From contig NC_135822.1 of assembly GCF_964213995.1 (NCBI RefSeq), positions 53,134,001 to 53,198,000 on the forward strand: a stretch of 64,000 nucleotides of DNA, given 5' to 3'. Positions 12,825 to 25,000 of this stretch are shown here, piece after piece. A program made the translations under genes and the position numbers. Position 1 is the stretch's first letter. The number at the start of each line of letters is the position of its first letter. This DNA comes from Mustelus asterias. Lineage: Eukaryota. The notes under the pieces are model-generated. The model was not told the DNA's origin, did not search any database, and saw only the letters and a list, made by a program, of their open reading frames with translations.

Positions 12825-14120
12825 CAGAATCACATAATCTCAGAATACTGCAGTGCAGAAGAGGCCCTTAGGCCCATCGCGTCGGCACCGACACATGAAA
12901 TGCCCTGACCTGCCCACCTAATCCCACTTGCCAGCGTTTGGCCCATAGCCGTGAATGTTATGGCGTGCCAAGAACACATCCAGGTACGTTTTAAAGGCAT
13001 CCCGCCTCCACCACCCTCCAAGGCAGTGCATTCAGACTGTCACCACCCTCTGTGCAAAAAGCTTTTCCTCAAATCGCCCCTAAACCTCCCACCCCTCACT
13101 TTTAACTTGTGTTCCCCGCGTAACTGACCATTGAACTAAGGGGAACAGCTATTCCTTATCCACCCTGACCATTCCCCTCAAATTATTGAACACTTCAATC
13201 ACGTCGTCCCTCAGTCTTCTGTTCTCCAACGAAAACAAAACAAGCCTATCCAACCTCTCTTCGTAATTTAAATGTTCCATCCCAGGCAGCATCCTGGTAA
13301 ATTTCCTCTGAATCCTCTCCAGTGCAATCACATCCTTCCGATAATGTGGTGACCAGAACTGCACACAGTACTCCAACTGTGGTCTCACCCTCGTTCTCTA
13401 CACCCTAGCTATGACTGTAACCATATATTCTGCACTCTCTCGTTTCCTTCTCTATGAATGATATGTTTTGCCTGTATAGCACGCAATAAACAATACTTTT
13501 CACTGTATCCCAATGCATGTGACAATAATCAATCAAATCAAGTCAAACGCTCGCTATAATTGTAACACTACATTCTGCATCCCCTCCTTTCCTTCTCCCC
13601 AGTGTACTCTATGAATAGTATGCGTTGTCTGTATAGCGTGCAAGAAACAATACTTTTCACTGTATCTCAATATTTGTGACAATAATAAATCATATCTAAC
13701 AATACTTTTCACTATATCCCAATACATGTGAGAATAATAAATCAAATCAATCAGAATATATTAAGTGATCGTTCTCTACACCCTAGCTGTGACTGTAACA
13801 CTACATTCTGCACCCTCTCCTTTCCTTCTCCCCTGTGTAATCTATGAACGGTATGCTTTGTCTGTATAGAGCGCAAGAAACAATATTTTTCACTGTATGT
13901 TAATACGTGACAATAATAAATCAAATCAAATCAAAACAAATCAATCCAAAGTTCTATACAACTCCATCATAGCCTCTCTGCTTTTGTAATCTATATCCCG
14001 ATTTTTAAAGGCGAGTGTGCCATGTGCCTTTTTCACGCCCTATTAACCTGCCTTTCCGCCTTCAGAAATCTATGACAAACACGCCAAAGTCCCTTTGTTT
14101 TTTGGAACTTCCCAGTGTCA
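12825..14120 (-). mobile_element. CR1 3' fragment interrupted by a Rex1-tail array
   Basis: RPQLEYCVQFWSPHYRKD. Confidence 0.85.
13392..13945 (+). repeat. Tandem array of 3-4 Rex1-like 3' ends
   Basis: Repeated CTCTACACCCTAGC..CAATACTTTTCACTGTAT..AATAAATCAAATC; matches the element tail at ~48315-48430. Confidence 0.75.
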
Positions 14121-14301
14121 GACCTTTTGTCATATATTTTAATAATTTGCCGCTTGAGCACAGACTAGCAAATTCAGTGGAATGGAATCTTGCAAGATGG
14201 CATTGAAACATTGACGCAGAGTTGGACTTAATTTTGGAGAGAATTTCCAAGGCAAAATCTGCGAAGGTGAAGATTGTGATCCCTCATGAGAGCAACTCAT
14301 G

Positions 14302-14606
14302 ATAGAAACATAGAAACATAGAAAACTACTGCACAAAACAGGCCCTTCAGCCCCACAAGTTGTGCCGAACATTTCCCTACATTTTAGGCCTACCTATAAC
14401 CCTCCATCCTATTAGGTCCCATGTACTCATCCAGGAGTCTCTTAAAAGACCCTATTGAGTTTGCCTCCACCACCACTGACGGCAGCCGATTCCACTCACC
14501 CACCACCCTCTGTGTGAAAGACTTCCCCCTAACATTTCCCCTGTACCTACACCCCAGCACCTTAAACCTGTGTCCTCTTGTAGCAGCCATTTCCACCCTG
14601 GGAAGA
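14302..14606 (-). mobile_element. CR1 3' fragment
   Basis: TRGHRFKV..FTQRVVGEWN; (TTTCTATG)n tail. Confidence 0.9.
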
Positions 14607-14889
14607 AGTATTATCATCAGATTGGTTGGCTCGTATAGTTTACTGATGCCTGGGTGGATTGTTAAGAAATCCATAGGATCTGAGTTGGTAACAGCAGCTA
14701 AAATGCTAGTGTTGTGTGCTCCGCCAGAATTGCCTTGGCAATTTGCGTGTATCTTATATTTCTCCTCACTGCCACAGTACAGAATAAATACTGTACATTG
14801 CTTTCCCCTTTTTGCCATATATAGTGAAAGTTTATTCTCCTTTACAGAAGCCATGGAATCTTGTGGTTTTATTAACTGAGAGCTGGTTC

Positions 14890-15470
14890 GCACTGTTGCA
14901 CAGTGACTAGTACGACTGCCTCACAGCACCAGGGGCCCTGGTTCGATTCCCAGCTTGGGCCACTACATGTGCAGAGTCTGCACGTTCTTCCCATGTCTGC
15001 GTGGGATTCATGCGGAATTTCTGGTTTCCTCCTTCAGTCAAAGACATTGGTGCATTGGCCATAGTAAATTGTCGCTCATTGCACACAAACAGGCGACAGA
15101 GTGTGGCGACTAGTGAACTTTATCAGTAAGGTTTAAGTTAATTTATTAGTGTCACAAGTCGGCTGACATTAACACTGCAATGAAGTTTCTGTGGAAATCC
15201 TCCAGTCATCACACTCCGGCGCCTGCTCGGGTATACTAAGGGAGAAATTAGCGTAGCCAATGCACCTAACTAGCACGTCTTTGAAGCACCTGGGAAACCC
15301 ACGCAGACACAGGGAGAACGTGCAGACTCTGCACAGACAGTGACCTAAGCCAGGAATCGAACCCGGGTCCCTGGTGCTGTGAGGAAGCAGCGCTAACCAA
15401 TATGCCATCTTGCCGCCCATGTAGGTTCATTGATGTGCTAATGTAAGCCTACTTCTGACACTAATAAATA
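14890..15470. mobile_element. Two HE1/V-SINEs in opposite orientation
   Basis: tRNA-like head and V-domain (TTCTCCC..GTGTCTGCGTGGG). Confidence 0.8.
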
Positions 15471-15774
15471 AAATTAAATGCACGCCTTGAATTTCACACT
15501 TTGATACTTTAACCAAAACGTCACTGCCCCTGATCAACAGCTTGGTGGTCTCGCAAAGGAACATAACAAGCTTTACATAAGACACAAAAGCAAGGGAGGG
15601 CCATTTGAATCTTTGGGCATATTTCGCCATTCTGCAAGATAGCAATAGAAAGTTAATTTCATTGCTATGGATCTAGAGTCATAGAGAGGCCAGTCAAAGC
15701 AAAGATGCCACATTTTCTTCTGTAAAGTACATCATTAAATCAGATGAATATTTCACAGCACCAAAGACAGTTTC

Positions 15775-18700
15775 GTGGTCACTATGGGTAATGACTTCAA
15801 CTTTCCCAACATTAACTGGGATATACATAGTGCTAAGAGCTTGGATGGAGCTTATTTATTGAAATGTGTCCAGGAGAACATTTTAGATCAACATGTAGGT
15901 GTTCCAACAAGGGAAGGTGTTCTGTTGGACTTAATTCTGGGGAATGAAGCTGGACAGTTGGTTGAGTTGGTGACGATGGAACATTTTAGTGAGAGCGATC
16001 ACAACATGGTACAATTTAGGTTTGTTAACGACAAGGAGATAGATGATTTCCAAAAAGAAGTTTTGGATTGGGGGAGAGTGGAATTTAGAAAAATAACGCA
16101 GGATCTGGCCAAGGCAGAACGGGGACAAATACTAATGAGGAAATCTACAGAAGTGCAATGGGGGGGGGGGGGGGCGTTCAAAAAGGAAATGTAGAGGGTA
16201 TAACCCCAGCATGTTCCCTCTAGGGTGATAGGAAGGAGTAGAAGCCCAGAGAACCATGGATTATCAAGGATATTCAGGATACAATGAGGACCAAAGGAAA
16301 ACCTTTTTACAAGTACAAGGGCAGCAAATCAGCGGAGGCATTCGTGAAGTATGGAAAGTGCAGAGTGGAGATTAAGAAAACAATTACGAAAGCAAAGCGG
16401 GGATATGAGAAATCTCAGGCTGGTAAAAATTGGGGAAATCACAAGTTATTTTACACATTTCTCAATGGGATGAGGATAGCCAGGGAAAGACTAAGGCCTA
16501 TTAGGGACCAAGGGGGCAAATCTGTGGGTGGAGCCAGAGGACATTGATAGAATGCTGAGTGAATCCTTCACATCCATCTTCGCCAAGAGAATGAGGAATT
16601 CAAGGAGAGAGACAGTGAGGTTCGTGATCAAATTGACAGAGGGAAGGACAAGGTATTGGAGGTGTTAGCAGGCTTAAAAGTGGATACATCTCCAGGTCCA
16701 GACGAATTTTGCCCCAGGCTGCAGTGGGACGCAAGATTGCAGGGCCTTTGAACCATTTTAAAAATTTCCTCACTGGCCACGGGGAAGGGCAGTAAGAAGT
16801 TTAACAACACCAGTTTAAAGTCCAACAGGTTTATTTGGTAGCAAAAGCCACAAGCTTTCGGAGCCTTAAGCCCCTTCTTCAGGTGAGTGGGAATTCTGAT
16901 CACAAATAGGGCATATAAAGACACAAACTCAATTTACAGAATAATGGTTGGAATGTGAATACTTACAGCTCATCAAGTCTTTAAGTAACAAACAATGTGA
17001 GTGGAGAGAGCATTAAGACAGGTTAAAGAGATGTGTATTGTCTCCAGACAGGACAGCCCCGAGGCATGGTACATTGGGGAAACCATGCAGACGCTGCGAC
17101 AACAGATGAATGAACACCGCTCGACAATCACCAGGCAAGACTGTTCTCTTCCTGTTGGGGAGCACTTCAGCAGTCACGGGCTTTCGGCCTCTGATATTCG
17201 GGTAAGCATTCTCCAAGGCGGCCTTCACGACACACGACGGTGCAGAGTCGCTGAGCAGAAACTGATAGCCAAGTTCTGCACACATGAGGACGACCTCAAC
17301 CGGGATATTGGGTTCATGTCACACTAACTGTAATCCCCACAGCTTGCCTGGACCTGCAGAGTCTCACTGGTTGTCCTGTCTGGAGACAATACACAGCTCT
17401 TTAACCTGTCTTAATGCTCTCTCCACTCACATTGTTTGTTACTTAAAGACTTGATATGCCCTTTATATGCCCTGTTTGTGAACAGAATTCCCACTCACCT
17501 GAAGAAGGGGCTTAAGGCTCCGAAAGCTTGTGGCTTTTGCCACCAAATAAACCTGCTGAAATTTAACGTGGTGTTGTTAAACGTCTTACTGTGTTTCCCC
17601 AGTCCAACGCCGACATTTCCACAGCACGGGGAAGGAGCCAGAGGACTAGCAAAAATGTTAATTGGTTCCACTATTTAAAAAGGGTTGTGGAAATAAACTA
17701 GGAAACTACAGACCAGTAGGTCTCACGTTCGTGGTAGGGAAACTAATGGAGAAAGTTCTGAAGGAGAGCATCTATCTACACTTGGAGAGGCAAGGCTTGA
17801 CCGGGGATAGTCAGCATGGTTTTGTCAGAGCATGGTCATGCGTAACAAATTTGATTGATATTTTTGAGGAGGTGACCAGGTGTGTAGATGGAGGTCGTGT
17901 AGATGTTGTACTTTACATGGATATCAGCCAAGCCTTTGACAAGGTCCCATGTGGAAGGCTTGTGGAGATGGTAAATGCACCAGATACAGAGTAATTTGAT
18001 AAAATGTATTTACAATTGGCTCAATTGAAGGAGACGGAGTGTGATGATAGGAGGCTGATATAGATACTGGAAGCCAGTGTCCATTGGTGTACCAGAGGGA
18101 TCTGTGCTGTGTCTCCTAGTTCACTTGGTGGGCGGTAGTGTTGGTAAGTTTGTGAATGACACAAAGATTGGGTGGGTGATTAACAGTGAGGCTGAGCGTC
18201 TTGAGCTACAAGAAGATGTAAGCGGAATGGTCAAATTGGCAGATAATTGGCAGATGGAAGTTAACGATGAAAAGTGTGGTGTTATATAGTTTGGAAGGAG
18301 TAATTTTACAAGGAGGTATTGAATGACCAGAACATGAGAAACTTCTGTGGAACAAAGGGACCTTGGCGTGTTTGCTCACAGATCTCTGCAGAAGGGCATG
18401 CTAGCATTGTGGTGAAAAAAGGCATATGGGTCATTTGCCTTCATCAATCGAAGCATAGATTACAAACACAGGGGAGACATGTTGAAGTTGTATAGAGCTT
18501 TGGTGAGGCCACAGTTAGAGCACTGTGTGCAGCTCTGGTGGACACATTATAGGAAGGATGTGAATGCATTGGAGGGGGTGCAGAGGAGATTCACCAGGAT
18601 GGTGCCTGGGATGGAACATTTAAGTTATAAAGAGATTGGATTGGTTTGGGTTATTTTCGTTGGACCAGATAAGATTGAGGGACAACCTGATTGACATGTG

Positions 18701-19065
18701 CAAGGTTATGAGGAGCATGGACAGAGTGGATAGGGATCAGCTGTTCCCTTAAATCAAGCGTCGCTAACGAGGGGACATAGGTTCAAGGTGAAGGACAGGC
18801 CGTTTAGAGGGGATGTGAGGAAAAACGTTTACTCAGAGAGTGCTGACGGTCTGGAATGCGCTGCCAGGGAGGGTGATAGAGGCGGGTTGCCTCACATCCT
18901 TTAAAAAGTACCTAGATGAGCACTTGGCACATCATAGCATTCAAGGCTATGGGCCAAGTGCTGATAAATGGAACGAAGTGAAAGATCAAGTGCTTCTCGC
19001 GCGTTGGTGCCAACTCGATGGGCCGAAAGGACTCTTCTGCACTGTATGATTCTATGATTCTATGA
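15775..19065 (+). mobile_element. Degraded CR1 ORF2 (APE + RT)
   Basis: GNDFNFPNINW, LDLILGNE, SDHN, NYRPVGLT, SQHGFV, AFDKVP; many frameshifts; (GATTCTAT)n tail. Confidence 0.9.
16789..17624 (+). mobile_element. Penelope palindromic insertion with GIY-YIG fragment
   Basis: WYIGETMQTLRQQMNEHR..VGEHF..AEQKLIAKF..LNRD; ~250 bp inverted arms; TSD CACGGGGAAGG (16778-88/17625-35). Confidence 0.9.
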
Positions 19066-19663
19066 TCACTGAGAAAAACTTTACGTTCCAGATTTAATGA
19101 ATTGAATTCAAATTTCAATAGCTGCCGTGGGGTATTTAAATTCCAGTCCCCCACACGATTAGTCTGTGCCACAGGATTGCTAGGCTAGTGGCAATAATAT
19201 CAGACAATCACCTTACTGTTTCTGCTGTGATTCCATGCATAATAGACTTCAAATACTACAATGAGATTGCCCTTTATATAGAAGCAAAGGTTGAGTGAAT
19301 ATTTGACGAAGATGTTCAGAGGTGGAGAGAGTAAATTGGAAGATATTATATCTTCCGAATCCAAGAGCTACGAGGAATGCGAAACAGGTAACACAGGCGC
19401 CCACATGCCATCAGATAATCAGTTTGTGCCATCTCTAGTGACTTTGTATCTTTTGCAAATACAGAAAATGAAAAGCGGTAGAAGTAACTACACTTTAAGA
19501 GGCCATAATCTCCAGTTGACATCTGCCCAGCAATGCCATTGAGCTTTAAAAACCTGAATATACGAGGTGCAAGTGTGTGCAGGCCTTCCTGCGTTTGAGA
19601 GACACAAACTGATTACTACAGATATGGACAAAATGCATCAATTGAAGTTAATAATCTTCTAAC

Positions 19664-20655
19664 CTGTCTGCCCAATCAGCTTGATTGATATTAAGTGGAA
19701 GAACAGGCAGAACACCATTCAACGTCTTTGAGATTGTTGTTTCAGACATTTCAGGGCGACCAGAAGTTTCTGTTTTTTCACTAATCTGAAGTGCGTGAAA
19801 ATTCAAACAACAAAATTCTGGCCAGAGGGAAAATTGCGACCAGCTGAGTCATGGTTGACACTGAGAGTTAATGATGTAGAGGGTACCACGTCCAGCTAAA
19901 TATGTAAATCGAGAAGGGAAGCGTCTGAATATTGCTTTTAGCTGCAGATTATCCATTTGCTCTTTCCAATATAGGGACACTTCCAAACGGTCAACATCAC
20001 TGTCACTAACTCAACCCTTTTGAATGTTGCGCTGCGATACTTTGTCATCCTCAGCTTATTAATCCGCCAAATCATTTCCATTGCACAAGTCGTCAGTATA
20101 ATTATCACAAGTTCATTCTCATCACCCTGGCCATAGTTATCAGAATCATTCCAGAATTATCACCAGGGACTTATTGTTCATTCGCCAGATGTGCAAAGGC
20201 AACATGTATTTGCCAGGCAAGTACATGAATGCTCTGTGAGGCAACTGAAAACAGCAGTTATAGTTGTTCTGTGCCTGGTGTCACATAGAAACCAAACTAA
20301 ATGAGGTGGCAGATTTCCTCCCTTCAATTACATGGTCGCCATTGCTGAAACCAGCTTCACACTCCAGACTCGTTTATATTCGGCTTGGAACGAGTGTGTC
20401 GCTGGAAACGTCGACAATTTTTGTCCATCCCTATTGGCCTTGACAGGTTGGTAATAAAGCAATGCTGTCCCTGTTCCCAGGAGTTCGACACAGCAGCAGC
20501 AGCAATGGATTAACTAGATGTGAGTGCCATGTGCCTTGGAGAGAAACCTGCAAGAGGCACTATTCTCCCTGCATCTGCTGCCCTTGCCCTTCATGGTAGC
20601 GACGAGGACGTTGCCCAATAAGCTATAACGACTTGCTAAAGTGTATTTTATAGAT
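19664..20655 (-). other. Unidentified module, copy 3
   Basis: TATAAAA at 20646-52; CAG|GTTAG at 19664. Confidence 0.5.
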
Positions 20656-20826
20656 GACACGCTGTGCACCCGCAACCTGAAGTGAGTGGAGTGAAATTCT
20701 TCAGCTGCCACACGAATTTAAACTCCTGTGATCTGTATAATTATCTAAGGATTACTAACTCCGGTAACGGAATCACTCTGCTCACCTCTCTCTAGAGACT
20801 GAGGCAGATGCCTTTCTGCCACGGGC

Positions 20827-20865
20827 AGTTTTTGTCGGAAGACCTTGCATTCTTGTAATGCTGTG
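20827..20865 (-). other. 23-RSS
   Basis: CACAGCA + 23 + ACAAAAACT. Confidence 0.9.
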
Positions 20866-21976
20866 TATCTTTGTACGACACACAGTAATATGTGCCGCTG
20901 TCTTCGACCTGGGAGTCTTTCACGAACAGAGTGAATTCGTTGTCCTGAGGCTCATGCTGGACCTCCATTCGTTTTCTGCCCCTAGTTGAAGAAAGTACCC
21001 GGATCTAACCCACTCAATTTGGTCGCTGATCTGGATGTACCAGTGCAACCAATAGTCGGTCATGTTGCCTTGCCAGATGCTGCAATAGAAAGCGGTTTCC
21101 TCCCCTGGAGACAGAAACATTGCCGATGGAGACTGGACGACGAGGTGTTTCGAGCTAACATCTAATAGGATAATTAAAACAGGGCAGCAGATCAATCAGG
21201 GGGCAAAATGATAAGCCGAAGATGGGACAAAGGTAGAGAGAAAGATCAATAAATAGATTGGTTCTCCAGTAACATTGCTACATTCGATCTTATATTTGAT
21301 CTTCTGGCGGCACGGTGGCACAGTGGTTACCACAGCTGTCACACAGCGCCAGAGACCCCGGTCTGATTCCCGACTTGGGTCACAGGCTGTGTGGAGTTGC
21401 ATGTTCTCCCCGTGTCTGCATGGGTTTCCTCCGGGTGTTCCCATTTCTTCCCACACTCCAATGATGTGCGGGTTAGGTGGATTGGCCATGTTCAGTTGCC
21501 CCTTAGTGTCAGTGGGACCAGCTGGGGTAAATGCATGGATTTATGGGGGTAGGGCCTGAGTAAGATTGTGGTTGGTGCAGACTCGATGGACCGAATGGCC
21601 TCATTCTGCACTGTAGGATTCTACTGTTCATCAAGGTAAGTGCATTTATCAATCAGATTCAGTGAACATTTAAACAATTAATGTGCCTAACTCTGAACTT
21701 GTTCCAAGTCAGATCACACCGGTTCTGAAAGAAGACATTTTGTAATGGCTCGAATGCACTGTGCGGGAATGACAACAATTTAGCCCATTAAAGAACAGTG
21801 AATTATTTGTGCTGTGTTCAACAGAATTTGTCACCGAACACAAAATGTAGTAATTATAAACAGTAAGTGTCGTAAAAGAAGCAGCGAAGATATGAACTGG
21901 GAGCAGTTGTTTCTGCTATCTCATCCATACAGGCATTGGACAACAGGAATATGGAAAGCCAAGAAATGGTGAACAT
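20866..21976 (-). pseudogene. V pseudogene, second family, copy 3
   Basis: Intact leader 21931-21976 with GT donor. V exon 20866-21161 reads VVQSPSAMFLSPGEETAFYCSIWQGNMTDYWLHWYIQISDQIEWV / frameshift / NEFTLFVKDSQVEDSGTYYCVSYKD. HE1 SINE in the intron. Confidence 0.9.
21306..21625 (+). mobile_element. HE1/V-SINE
   Basis: GGCGGCACGGTGGCACAGTGGTT head; absent from cassette copies 1 and 2. Confidence 0.9.
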
Positions 21977-23595
21977 TCTCCGCATAAGATTCCGCCCTCT
22001 TTTGTCAACTGATCTCAAATTACTTTGAGATGATTTCTGGGAGGAACCGCCTCGTAATATAGAGTGTGATAGCGTCGCGGCGGCCGCTATTGGGACTGCA
22101 GCTAAATGAAATAAGTTTCTGCTCTCTTGCGAGGGCCGGCCAAAAATTGCTAAGACCCTGCCACTTAGTTTAAATTGATTACAAAGCTTTCACTGACCAG
22201 AGAGTGACAACAAAACCATAGATGACAGGGAGTGACAGGTAGTTCGAGGCAAAGAATCCTGACAGAGGGTGATTCGGGGGAAAAAACACGTTCGAGAGAG
22301 GGGAAGATTGAGAAAAGAGACAGAGAGAGAAAATAGGATAAAGTGAGAGATAAAACAAAGACAGAGACAGAACGTGATAGAGAGTGAAAATGAGAAAAGG
22401 AAGGAGACCGAGATAACGGGAACGAATGAGCCGTGTGAGTGAAGAAAAAACACCCAAGACAACAAAGAAAGACAGATTTAGTAATAGTTTCCGGGGAAAA
22501 AAACATTCTATATGATTTATAAAAGATGAGTCAAGTTTGGGTTCCTTTTAAATGTTAGAATTTTGACCGGAGGGAAGGGGATACAATCACCAGATTGACT
22601 GTGGACATGGAGTAAATCGGCCACTTCTGTATCATCCCAATTGGTGTGGATTGAATGAGCGTTTGGTGCGTTTTTGGATTACTCCTAGTATCGAGGGCAA
22701 CAGTAAGAAAAGGACAGTTTTGGTGTAGACTCTACAGTGAGCACCCCGGCAGCTGCCCAGAGCTTCCTCGGGCTCTTGAAAGATTTGGGGGATCTCATAA
22801 AAGAGCGCCCACGTTTCTGCACTCCATGCATCATTGCAGGCGCAGGCGCCGATGTGCCACTGGAAGACTCTGGTGAGCTCCAGACTAATCTCATGATGGC
22901 TGGGACTCTGGGCTTGAAAAAGAAATCCAAGGTCAAAGTGCAAGCATGGACGGATGCCGGGTGATTTGATCGAAGCTCCCCATTTTTCGGAGAAGAACAG
23001 AAGGAGATCACGAGATCCATCATTCCCGAGATTTCCATTCTCCATTGTTATATGTTCTGAAAAGTAACTGCTTCATGATGTATCTGAATCAATTGTGAGT
23101 GTCGGTCTTAATTTGACGCAGTAGAGTCTAAACCAAAACCGTCCCTTTCCTAATAAAAGACTCTCATTATTGTTAATAACTTTCAAACCTGCATCTCCCC
23201 TGCTTTGGGAAAAGCAATCTCAGTTCCTCTGGAATGTCCATGTAACTAAAGATGCTCCACGCTGGTACCTTTCCGATCAATACCCCTTGCTTGAGCTGAA
23301 TAATTGAATCTTCGCCTACAAACCCAGCGAACTGACATGACTGGTAACATTCCGGGAAACCTCTTCTGCTCTTTCTGTCGTTCCTTCCTAGTTTCTTGAA
23401 TTCTGCCTTGCTTCGCTCTTGCTCTCTCATTTTCTTCCACACTTCCCTGCACTGTTTCTTTCTTTCAATCTCTCCTGCTTTAATCTGTCGTGTTCAGTCT
23501 CTCCTTGTTAAAAGGGCTGCAAAATAAGCCCACACGATGCAACGCGATTACTTTTTTTGTATGATTTCATTCACAGGTGTCTCCTGCTGCCTTTG

Positions 23596-23634
23596 GGGTT
23601 TTGCTAAACTGCTGCATCTCTCTGAGTCACTGTG
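23596..23634 (-). other. 23-RSS
   Basis: CACAGTG + 23 + GCAAAACCC. Confidence 0.92.
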
Positions 23635-24457
23635 AATACTCCAGGTGCAGTAATACACGGCCGAGTGATTCACCCGCCGGCTGGAGCATTCCAGGTTGAA
23701 CTCAGAGCCACTCAGTCGCTTGGCAGTGAAACTGTCCACCGTCCCCTTTTCATTCACGTCTTGCGCAACTGCGGAGTAAAACATCAACTGGGGTTCCTTC
23801 CCCGGGTATCGCCTGTACCAGAACCTCCTACCGATGCTGCTGCCCTCGACGGTGCATTTCAGAACCACTCCGTCCCCAGGATGTTTCGAGACAGCAGCGG
23901 GAAACTGGAGGATACTCTGTGAGTTCACGCCTGTGTAGAGTACGGGGAGAGAAGGCAGTCAGTAAACAGAGACATTCCGGTAGTGAGGGGAGCGAAAGAG
24001 GGAATGAAAGATAAAAGCGACAAAAAGCCAGAGAGGCAGATATACGTAGTGAGGGAGATGGGGAGAGGGAGGGTGGTGGAGCACGAATGTTTGAGTAAAT
24101 CTTCTCACAGTGAAACAAAATCACCAAACCCAGGACCAGGTGGTCCTGGCGGCACGGTGGCACAGTGGTTAGCACTGCTGCCTCACAGCGTCAGGGACCT
24201 GCGTTCAATTCCCGGCTTGGGTCACTGTCTGTGCAGAGTTTGCACGTTCTCCCCCGTGTCTGCGTGGCTTTCCTCCGGGTGCTCCGGTTTCCTCCCGCAG
24301 TCCAAAGATGTGCGGGTTAGGTGGATTGGCCATGCTAAATTGACACTTAGTGTCGGGGGGATTAACAGGGTCAATATGATGGGTTACGGGGATAGGGTGG
24401 GATTGTTGGGCCGAATGACTCCTTCTGTGCTGCAGGGATTCTATGATTCAGGTATAT
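23635..24457 (-). pseudogene. TRBV: TRBV30-like V gene with open V exon but destroyed leader
   Basis: V exon 23635-23930 is open (LKCTVEG..FWYR..AVYYCTWSI). Leader is split by an HE1 SINE and its start codon is ATA. Confidence 0.88.
24148..24448 (+). mobile_element. HE1/V-SINE inserted in the leader exon
   Basis: Candidate TSD CAGGT 24137-41/24449-53. Confidence 0.9.
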
Positions 24458-24744
24458 CTTTTGCTTGAGGCTTCCCTTCAACAACGGAAGGAATTAACTC
24501 AGGAAAGCTGAGTCTTGTGAGGAGCCAATCAGGTACTTTAAGCTACTGAGGAAATGATCAAGATCGCAGGGTGATGGGAACCAGTTGGACACATCCCTTC
24601 TAACCAACCAGAATTAATATGATTGTTAATTTCCGATTGCACTTCTAATATTTGCCATGCAAATGTAATTAAAAACAACTTCATAAGAGCCAGCAGTGTA
24701 TTTACCGATTTAATTATATTTGGATCGTTTCCATTTGGCCATAT

Positions 24745-25000
24745 GTAACAAATTCGATGGGCTGAATGGCCTCTTCTTGTTCCGATGTAACTGATTGGAG
24801 GGGATGCTCTTGGGATTGGTTGAATTACCTTCGTCTTCCATGTAATAATCTCGGGAAGGGATGAACTAGTCTCCCCTTTCCGTTTTTAATCAGTCTCGAA
24901 TAGGGATGCACGGTCACCTCTTCTTCCTTTGTAGCAGGCTCCAGGGGCTGAATGGCCTCGCCCTGTCCCTTTGTTGCAGGCTCGAGAGGGCTTGAGTAGC
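24745..25000 (+). repeat. ~39 bp minisatellite derived from the CR1 tail (also ~35910-36125 and ~40820-41005)
   Basis: TGTAACAGGCTCGAGGGGCTGAATGGCCTC-type units. Confidence 0.7.

Larger units (their letters stand above)
750..23400. repeat. Three tandem, diverged copies of a ~5 kb V cassette, expanded by TE insertions
   Basis: Shared blocks in the same order: module X (1263/5926/19664), leader-intron (2700-3350/6790-7350/21200-22170), GA-rich tract, AATCGGCCACTT...CCCAATTGGTGTGG (~3900/8775/22615); also 3950-5420 matches 9600-12820. Confidence 0.85.

Noticed and set aside
24148-24215. tRNA-like A/B boxes
   Set aside because: These are SINE heads, not tRNA genes.
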